41,167 nucleotides of DNA from a virus (Duplodnaviria > Caudoviricetes): positions 1 to 41,167 of IMG/VR virus record IMGVR_UViG_3300032321_000307. One strand, given 5' to 3'. The number at the start of each line of letters is the position of its first letter. The stretch's first letter is position 1. This document shows positions 34,395 through 41,167 of the stretch, one piece after another. The translations under genes and the position numbers were made by a program. Under the pieces are notes generated by a model. The model worked only from the letters and a program-made list of their open reading frames with translations. It was not told where the DNA came from and searched no databases.

Positions 34395-34648
34395 AGTGGC
34401 ACCTCGTTGTTTAATGTTCTGTTAGCTAAGAGCCAAGCTTCAAGATCCTCGAAGGCCTTCAGCATTCCCTTCTTACTAGTTGGATAAAATACACCTGTCT
34501 TCTGTTCGATGACTCCTAACATGTTCTTCGGTGTGTACATCCTGTTAGCTTTTAACCCAGTCTTCAGGTAGAGCTTCATAGCTGAATGGATCACTGTCAT
34601 GCGATACATCTCGATACTGTGTGGCGTTGTGAATGATTGAATTGTCAT
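34391..34648 (-). CDS. Hypothetical early protein
   Basis: AAGGAG RBS; co-oriented. Confidence 0.65.
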   Translation of the reverse strand: MTIQSFTTPHSIEMYRMTVIHSAMKLYLKTGLKANRMYTPKNMLGVIEQKTGVFYPTSKKGMLKAFEDLEAWLLANRTLNNEVPL

Positions 34649-34667
34649 ACTATATTCTCCTTAGATT

Positions 34668-34689
34668 AAAAGAGGGGACCGAAGTCCCC
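34668..34689 (-). terminator. Putative intrinsic terminator / UUCG hairpin
   Basis: - strand GGGGAC-UUCG-GUCCCC-UCUUUU. Confidence 0.7.
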
Positions 34690-34696
34690 AGTTGGT

Positions 34697-34930
34697 TTAC
34701 TTGGTGCGCTCTACTCGAGCAATGAAGTCAGCCCAAGCTTCCTTATAGCTTTCATAGTAATGGCCCCAGGTTGTGGACTCATTGTTACCTGGATCATAAG
34801 CCCAAGTGACATACGGATGAAGATCATGATCCCGTCGTGCTAACACGATACCCTCGTTACCTGGGCCCTCGAAGAACGCAACCACTTGCGCGCCGTTGTG
34901 TAACATTGTATTTAATTGCATTGCTTTCAT
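34697..34930 (-). CDS. Hypothetical early protein
   Basis: 'HPYVTW...TTWGHYY....EA..DF..R' motif; AAGGAG RBS and TATAAT upstream. Confidence 0.65.
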   Translation of the reverse strand: MKAMQLNTMLHNGAQVVAFFEGPGNEGIVLARRDHDLHPYVTWAYDPGNNESTTWGHYYESYKEAWADFIARVERTK

Positions 34931-35248
34931 GTATTTCTCCTTATAGGTTGATTATAATATCGCGGTCAGTTGCGATTCATTTAGGATACCGAATCTATGA
35001 TAATAGTCAAGTAAAACGTTACATTTAGATCTAAAAAAGGTAAAAAAGGCAATATGGTCAGCTGGCCGGACCCACTGTACCCCCACCCCCCAAAAATTTT
35101 AAAAGGAATTATTATTTCTCTCTTACACTTAGACTTACTCAAATAACCTATATAAATTTGAAATATACGAAACACCCCCCGGTGCTTAAATAATAGGCAC
35201 ATCAAAAAAATATTTTGCAAAAAAATTGCGGGAGTTTAGTTAGTAAAC

Positions 35249-35593
35249 TTAGATTGCTTTAGGATCGAAGTTATAGAGCTCGGAGTAGACGTTTTTAATA
35301 CGAAGGAATTTTTGACCATGTAAATGGAAGTCATCGTCGCCTCGAACATAGAGAGCTAGGTGTACCATTTCGTGAAGCAAAGTTTGAAAGATAGTTGTGA
35401 AGTGCCCACATGCATTAGAACTAATTTGTATTTCCATTTCTTCTTCGTCAAAACAACCATATATATCTGGGTTCTTAATGACTTTGAATTTAACTTTGTT
35501 TGACTTAGGCATAGGGAGTTTATTAAAGGGTGGCATTTGACATGCCATGTTGTACAGGATCTCTAAGTTCTTTTTAGTGAGCGTAGTTTTCAT
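35249..35593 (-). CDS. SprT-like zinc metalloprotease
   Basis: 'PF..L', 'YG', 'I.IS', 'TLLHEMVHL', 'HG.KF'. Start at MKTTL. Confidence 0.8.
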   Translation of the reverse strand: MKTTLTKKNLEILYNMACQMPPFNKLPMPKSNKVKFKVIKNPDIYGCFDEEEMEIQISSNACGHFTTIFQTLLHEMVHLALYVRGDDDFHLHGQKFLRIKNVYSELYNFDPKAI

Positions 35594-35673
35594 GACGAAA
35601 GACCAGGTATAGGCCACATAACAACCCACCAGAGCATAATAGCTGCAATACCAATTGTGAATAAGTCTTTCAT
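35590..35673 (-). CDS. 27-aa hydrophobic membrane peptide (not in the ORF track)
   Basis: MKDLFTIGIAAIMLWWVVMWPIPGLSS; ATGA-coupled to the SprT-like gene. Confidence 0.45.
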   Translation of the reverse strand: MKDLFTIGIAAIMLWWVVMWPIPGLSS

Positions 35674-35696
35674 AGGGTTATTATACTAAAATATAC

Positions 35697-35725
35697 TTGC
35701 AAAGACACTAAAATATCTATATATT
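35697..35725 (+). promoter_or_regulatory. Putative promoter for the packaging operon
   Basis: TTGCAA-N17-TATATT upstream of the putative terS. Confidence 0.4.
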
Positions 35726-35770
35726 ACTTGGATTGCTGCAAAAAATAACCTAAGGTGTAATCAGCGACAC

Positions 35771-36418
35771 ATGATAGACGTAAATACCCAAGAAAATCAA
35801 GAAGATACAGTAGATTTTAATGCAATCCTCATGCCGTATATTGAGGAAAACGTACCCATACCCAAGAATTCTAAAGAAGCACTGCCAGAAATGACGTCGG
35901 AGGACGAAGTTTTGCTACGTGCACAAACAATTAAAGAAATTAGTGATATAACAGGCGAACAAATTGCACCAGACGCAAAAGACATGCATGATGCAGAGAA
36001 ACTTGCAAAAGACATGGTAGAAAACCCAGCTAAAAAACAAGATTACAGCATATACCCTAATACAACCATAGCATTTTTAGCAGGCATGGTAGGCTCGATG
36101 AACCACATGATCGTAAAAGACCTAGCTGATTTAAAGTTATACGTGGTAAATAAATTAGTTGATATTGTAGAGAATTCAGACAACCCAAAAGAACAAATTA
36201 CAGCACTAAGATCAATTGGTGAAGTCGATGGTGTCGATGCATTTAAGAAGAAGACAGAAGTTACACACAAAATTGAGACGATGGAAGAAGTTGAAAAAGA
36301 ACTTCTCGCGATGCTTAGTGAACTAAAACAAAAAGCATTATTAAAAGCGCCAGCTGAAACGATAGACGCAGAAGTTATAGAAGATGACAGAGACGAAACC
36401 GAAACTAACGATAACTAG
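35771..36418 (+). CDS. Probable terminase small subunit
   Basis: Helical, acidic, directly upstream of and overlapping terL; '.I.AL..IGE.DGV.AF' motif. Confidence 0.6.
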   Translation: MIDVNTQENQEDTVDFNAILMPYIEENVPIPKNSKEALPEMTSEDEVLLRAQTIKEISDITGEQIAPDAKDMHDAEKLAKDMVENPAKKQDYSIYPNTTIAFLAGMVGSMNHMIVKDLADLKLYVVNKLVDIVENSDNPKEQITALRSIGEVDGVDAFKKKTEVTHKIETMEEVEKELLAMLSELKQKALLKAPAETIDAEVIEDDRDETETNDN

Positions 36419-37931
36419 GAAAGAGATTGAGGAACTAGAGTCCCTTTTTCAAGTAGCAGACCCAAAGGACAAAGTTAAACTTCAAAGACTTCTTAAAGCT
36501 TATAAAGTTAAGGCTGTTGAGAAGTCAGGCAAAGAAACATTTTTAGATTTTATACAACATGTGTACCCAGGGTACATCATAGGAGCGCATCATAGACATT
36601 TGGCACAAATCTTTGAAGACATTGCTAACGGAAAAAAGAAACGCGTTATCGTCAATATTGCACCAAGACATGGGAAATCTGAGCTTATCTCTTACTTGGC
36701 GCCAGCGTGGTTTCTGGGTAAGTACCCACATAAAAAGGTCATTATGGCATCTCACACAGCTGATCTTGCAGTTAATTTTGGCCGTCGTGTCCGTAACTTG
36801 GTTGGCAGTGACAACTATAAAGACATATTTCCGCAAGTAGAGTTACAAGCTGACTCGAAGAGTGCGTCACGTTGGGGTACTAATTTTAATGGTGAGTATT
36901 TTGCTATTGGTGTAGGCGGTGCTCTAGCAGGACGTGGTGCTGACTTATTTATTATTGATGACCCACACTCAGAGCAAGATGCTAAGTTAGGTAGATCAGA
37001 CGTCTTTTTACCAGCATGGGAATGGTTTCAATCAGGTCCTATACAACGTCTTATGCCAGGTGGATCTATCATCGTAGTGATGACTAGGTGGTCTAAGTTA
37101 GACTTGACTGGACAGATCGTTAACCAGATGGTTAAACAAGAGGGCGTAGATGAGTGGGAAGTTGTTGAGTTCCCTGCTATTATACAAGACAAAGAGGGTA
37201 ATGAAAAAAGTCTTTGGCCTGAGTTTTGGCCACTAGAAGAATTACAGGCAAAAAAGGCAGCGCTAGATGTACGGTACTGGAATGCCCAATACTTGCAAAA
37301 CCCTGTGTCAGAAGAGGGTGCCTTACTTAAAAGAGAGTGGTGGAAGATATGGGAAGCCGAAGATCCGCCAAACTGTGAATTCACTATTATGTCATTAGAC
37401 GCGGCTCAAGAAACAAATAACCGAGCAGACTATAATTCTCTTACGACTTGGGGTGTATTTTTTAACGAAGAAACCAATAACTATAATATAATACTACTAA
37501 ATGCTATTAAGGAAAGATTAGAGTTCCCTGAGTTAAAAGAGTTAGTACTTCGTGAGTACAAGGAATGGGAACCCGATGCATTCATAGTAGAGAAGAAATC
37601 TAACGGTGCAGCCCTATATCAAGAAATGAGAAGAATGGGTATCCCGCTAGGAGAATTTACACCTGGAAAAGGGCAAGATAAAATATCTAGGGTTAACTCG
37701 GTGGCAGATCTCTTTAGATCTGGTATAGTATGGGCTCCGGATAAACGTTGGGCGCATGAGTTAGTTGAAGAATGTAATGACTTTCCAAGCGGTTCGCACG
37801 ATGACCAAGTGGACTCAACCACTATGGCGTTAATGAGATTTAGACAAGGTGGGTTCATTAGATTACCTAGTGATGAACCTGAAGATATTCAGGGGTTTAG
37901 AAGTTCTAGAAACAAGTTGTATTTAGTATGA
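36384..37931 (+). CDS. terL: Terminase large subunit
   Basis: Walker A 'APRHGKS', 'GRGADLFIIDDPH', 'VMTRW', 'YLQNP', nuclease 'SLDAA', 'FPSGSHDDQVDS'. Confidence 0.96.
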   Translation: MTETKPKLTITRKEIEELESLFQVADPKDKVKLQRLLKAYKVKAVEKSGKETFLDFIQHVYPGYIIGAHHRHLAQIFEDIANGKKKRVIVNIAPRHGKSELISYLAPAWFLGKYPHKKVIMASHTADLAVNFGRRVRNLVGSDNYKDIFPQVELQADSKSASRWGTNFNGEYFAIGVGGALAGRGADLFIIDDPHSEQDAKLGRSDVFLPAWEWFQSGPIQRLMPGGSIIVVMTRWSKLDLTGQIVNQMVKQEGVDEWEVVEFPAIIQDKEGNEKSLWPEFWPLEELQAKKAALDVRYWNAQYLQNPVSEEGALLKREWWKIWEAEDPPNCEFTIMSLDAAQETNNRADYNSLTTWGVFFNEETNNYNIILLNAIKERLEFPELKELVLREYKEWEPDAFIVEKKSNGAALYQEMRRMGIPLGEFTPGKGQDKISRVNSVADLFRSGIVWAPDKRWAHELVEECNDFPSGSHDDQVDSTTMALMRFRQGGFIRLPSDEPEDIQGFRSSRNKLYLV

Positions 37932-38101
37932 TTGTTTATGCAACAAAGCGTGGTGTGTTTGGTAAGTTGTTATTGAGAAGATGGTTTCAATTGCGCAGGT
38001 CAGATAAGAATGCAAGGCGCGACATGAACATACATAGATATAGACGCCAATGGTTTTGGAATGAAGATAGATGGAATCAACGACACGGAATAAAAGGATA
38101 A
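37928..38101 (+). CDS. 57-aa Arg/Trp-rich protein between terL and portal (not in the ORF track)
   Basis: MIVYATKRGVFGKLLLRRWFQLRRSDKNARRDMNIHRYRRQWFWNEDRWNQRHGIKG; ATGA overlap with the terL stop; ends 3 nt before the portal start. Confidence 0.5.
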   Translation: MIVYATKRGVFGKLLLRRWFQLRRSDKNARRDMNIHRYRRQWFWNEDRWNQRHGIKG

Positions 38102-38104
38102 ATT

Positions 38105-40612
38105 ATGGCAATAGAAAAAGGATTATATCAAGCACCTATGGGCATGGATAACGAACCTACCATGGAAGATGCAGCACTTGCAATCGAAATCGAGAATCCA
38201 GACTCTGTCACACTAGATGATGGCAGCATGGAGATTACTATTACTCCAGGTAAAGAACAAGATGATGAGTTTAATGATAACTTAGCAGAAGACATGGATG
38301 AAGGTCAGTTGACTGAGTTGTCAGGTGATTTGATTGGTGAATACGATGCTGATGTTAATTCAAGAAAAGATTGGCTAACTACATATGTTGATGGTTTAGA
38401 ATTATTAGGTCTTAAAGTAGAAGACAGAACAGAGCCATGGCCAGGTGCATGTAATGTGTACCATCCACTCATGACTGAAGCACTCGTTAAGTTCCAAGCA
38501 GAAACAATGATGGAAACATTTCCAGCTGCAGGTCCAGTCAAAACACAAATCGTTGGTAAACAAACAAAAGATAAAGAAGAAGCAGCAGAACGAGTTAAAG
38601 AAGACATGAACTATCAGTTAACTGATTGTATGCCTGAGTATCGTCCTGAGCATGAAAGAATGTTATGGGGTCTAGGCTTAGCTGGTAATGCGTTTAAGAA
38701 AGTTTACTACGATCCTAACTTAGAACGTCAAGTGTCGATGTATGTTCCAGCAGAAGATATTGTAGTTCCATATGGTGCGTCATCATTAGAAATGGCAGAA
38801 CGTGTGACTCATGTCATGCGTAAGACTAAGAATGAGCTACGTAAACTTATGGTAGCTGGTTTCTACAAAGATGTAGATTTAGGTGAGCCATTTTTAGATG
38901 TAGATGAAGCAGAGAAAAAGATTGCTGAAAAGATGGGGTTCAATCCATCAGAAGATGACCGCTATAAAATTCTTGAGATGCATGTTAATTTAGATTTAGA
39001 AAATGGCGATAATGAAGATGGTATAGCATTACCATACATTGTAACTATTGAAAAAGGTACAGGCACTATTTTAGCTATTCGTCGTAACTGGAACCCAGAT
39101 GATGACAAGAAATTAAAACGTAATCACTTCGTACATTATGGTTACATACCAGGTTTTGGATTCTACTGCTTTGGTTTAATCCACTTGATTGGAGCGTTTG
39201 CTAAGTCAGGCACAATGATTTTACGACAACTCGTTGATGCAGGAACATTGAGCAACCTACCAGGGGGGATGAAATCCCGCGGTCTCCGCATTAAAGGCGA
39301 CGACACCCCCATTGCTCCTGGTGAATGGAGAGACGTAGATGTACCATCAGGTGCGATACGCGATAACATTTTACCGTTACCTTATAAAGAGCCATCACAA
39401 GTTCTTAACCAACTGATGAATCAAATTATTGAAGAAGGTAGAAGATTTGCATCAGCTGCGGATATGAAAGTATCTGATATGAGTGCTAACTCACCAGTAG
39501 GAACTACGTTAGCTATATTAGAAAGAACTCTCAAAGTAATGTCAGCAGTTCAAGCGCGTATTCACTATGCAATGAAACAAGAGTTTAAATTATTAGCAGG
39601 TATTATTCGTGATTACACTCCTGAAGAATATTCATACGAACCAGAAATCGGTAGTCGTCGTGCTAAACAATCTGATTATGATTGCTGTGAAGTTATTCCA
39701 GTAAGTGATCCAAATGCAGCAACCATGTCTCAAAAGGTTGTACAGTATCAAGCAGTGATGCAAATGGCTCAAGCTAGCCCACAAATTTATGATCAAGTAG
39801 AATTAAATAAACAAATGCTTGAAGTATTAGGCGTTAAGAATATTGGTAAGCTTATCCCAAGTGCGGAAGATCAAAAACCAAAAGATCCTGTATCAGAAAA
39901 TATGGCGATTATTAATGGTAAACCAGTTAAAGCATTTATTTATCAGGATCATCAAGCTCATATTCAGGTACACATGGCTGCAATGCAAGACCCTAAAATC
40001 ATGCAAATGATTGGTCAAAACCCACAAGCTCAGATGATTCAAGCTGCAGCTATGGCACATATTAATGAACACATTGCGTTTGAATATAGAAAACAATTAG
40101 AAGAACAATTAGGAGTACCACTACCTACACCTGATGAAACACTTCCTGAAGATGTTGAAGTTGAATTGTCTAGATTAACTGCAGCCGCAGCACAAAAACT
40201 ATTAGCTAAAGATCAAGCAGAAGCTCAGCAGCAGCAAGCTCAGCAACAGCAACAAGATCCGTTAATTCAAATGCAACAACAAGAGCTTCAAATTAAGCAA
40301 CAAGAATCACAAGCTAAAGCACAAAAAATGATGGCTGACGTTCAGTTAGAACAACAAAAATTCCAAATGGAACAAGAACGTGAAGCTCAACGTACAGCAT
40401 TAGAACAACAAAAACTTGAGTTAGAAAAGATGAAAATTGATTCTCACGAAAGATTAGAAGGTGCCAAATTAGGTGCTCAAGCTACTCAGCATAAACAAAA
40501 AGAAGAATCTGATAAAGTTCTTCAAGGTATTAAAATAGGTATGGACGCTGAATTTAAGAAAAAAGAATTTCAGTTAAAAGAAAAGGAACAGAATAAACAA
40601 CCACAGGAGTAA
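38105..40612 (+). CDS. Portal protein (P22-like, long C-terminal coiled coil)
   Basis: 'PWPGA..V.HP', 'FP..GPVK', 'G.AFKKVYYD', 'PGFGFY.FGLIH', 'LVDAGTL.NLP'; Gln-rich tail; follows terL. Confidence 0.9.
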   Translation: MAIEKGLYQAPMGMDNEPTMEDAALAIEIENPDSVTLDDGSMEITITPGKEQDDEFNDNLAEDMDEGQLTELSGDLIGEYDADVNSRKDWLTTYVDGLELLGLKVEDRTEPWPGACNVYHPLMTEALVKFQAETMMETFPAAGPVKTQIVGKQTKDKEEAAERVKEDMNYQLTDCMPEYRPEHERMLWGLGLAGNAFKKVYYDPNLERQVSMYVPAEDIVVPYGASSLEMAERVTHVMRKTKNELRKLMVAGFYKDVDLGEPFLDVDEAEKKIAEKMGFNPSEDDRYKILEMHVNLDLENGDNEDGIALPYIVTIEKGTGTILAIRRNWNPDDDKKLKRNHFVHYGYIPGFGFYCFGLIHLIGAFAKSGTMILRQLVDAGTLSNLPGGMKSRGLRIKGDDTPIAPGEWRDVDVPSGAIRDNILPLPYKEPSQVLNQLMNQIIEEGRRFASAADMKVSDMSANSPVGTTLAILERTLKVMSAVQARIHYAMKQEFKLLAGIIRDYTPEEYSYEPEIGSRRAKQSDYDCCEVIPVSDPNAATMSQKVVQYQAVMQMAQASPQIYDQVELNKQMLEVLGVKNIGKLIPSAEDQKPKDPVSENMAIINGKPVKAFIYQDHQAHIQVHMAAMQDPKIMQMIGQNPQAQMIQAAAMAHINEHIAFEYRKQLEEQLGVPLPTPDETLPEDVEVELSRLTAAAAQKLLAKDQAEAQQQQAQQQQQDPLIQMQQQELQIKQQESQAKAQKMMADVQLEQQKFQMEQEREAQRTALEQQKLELEKMKIDSHERLEGAKLGAQATQHKQKEESDKVLQGIKIGMDAEFKKKEFQLKEKEQNKQPQE

Positions 40613-40618
40613 TACATC

Positions 40619-40813
40619 ATGGATCAAACGCTAGAGCTATTATTGTCTCGAATAGAGGATCAGCGCAAAACAGTTTTAAATAATTTAGGAGACGGAGCAG
40701 CAAAAGATTTTGCTTCGTACCAAAATATGGCCGGATATATACGAGGTTTATCCGTAGCTGAAAGTTTAATTAAAGATCTCGCACAAAGAATGGAGACATA
40801 CGACGATGAGTGA
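40619..40813 (+). CDS. Small conserved post-portal protein
   Basis: 'L.DG.AKDF..Y....GYIRGL' motif; AGGAG RBS. Confidence 0.7.
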   Translation: MDQTLELLLSRIEDQRKTVLNNLGDGAAKDFASYQNMAGYIRGLSVAESLIKDLAQRMETYDDE

Positions 40814-41167
40814 CATACTCACAATGAATAAGAATTTGGTAGATGCAGATGGTCGACCAATTGTTGTTCCAAAGCTTGAAGATGTAGATGCAGAAGATAT
40901 ACCGATTGAAGAACGTGGTTTACAGTTACCTGAGCCTAAAGGATACAAGATACTTTGTGCAATTCCTGACGCCGCAGAAACTTATCAAGGTGGTATTGTA
41001 AAAGCAGATTCAACTAGAACTATAGAAGAACATTCAACTGTAGTTTTATTTGTAGTAAAGGTAGGTGATTTAGCATATAAAGATGTAGCAAGATTTCCTA
41101 CAGGTCCATGGTGTAAAGAGGGTGATTTTGTTCTAACACGTGCATACGCAGGTACTAGATTTAAAAT
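40806..41167 (+). CDS. groES: GroES/Cpn10-like co-chaperonin, 3'-truncated (not in the ORF track)
   Basis: 'LPEPKGYKIL...ETYQGGIV...VVKVGDLAY.D..RFP.GPWCKEGDFVL.RAYAGTRFK'; open to the window end. Confidence 0.85.
   Translation, partial: MSDILTMNKNLVDADGRPIVVPKLEDVDAEDIPIEERGLQLPEPKGYKILCAIPDAAETYQGGIVKADSTRTIEEHSTVVLFVVKVGDLAYKDVARFPTGPWCKEGDFVLTRAYAGTRFK

Noticed and set aside
1-41167. Stop-codon reassignment, tRNA genes, diversity-generating retroelement, integrase
   Set aside because: TAA, TAG and TGA all end well-formed genes under the standard code. I saw no cloverleaf, reverse transcriptase or recombinase motifs by eye.

Overview
This window is most of the genome of an AT-rich tailed phage with podovirus-like gene content. 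The capsid genes fall outside it, and no integrase, tRNA or CRISPR array is visible. The + strand at 1-14423 carries holin, endolysin, a tail stabilisation protein and several large ejected/internal virion proteins. The - strand at 14424-35673 carries replication genes (primase-DUF927 helicase, probable SSB/recombinase, SNF2 helicase, Cas4-like exonuclease, HNH, family A DNA polymerase), about 25 tightly coupled small early genes, GP88, ArdC and a SprT-like protease. The + strand at 35771-41167 carries terminase, portal and a GroES-like gene cut by the window edge. Three non-coding signals stand out. (1) The DNA polymerase leader has two tandem ~80-nt RNA units with compensatory base changes and a predicted double pseudoknot, preceded by a loop-E hairpin. 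(2) A 32-bp bipartite motif occurs in four co-oriented intergenic copies, and one block is complementary to that leader. (3) A symmetric iteron/IHF/AT-rich origin lies at 31.6-32.1 kb. All family assignments come from motif recognition by eye; no database searches were run.
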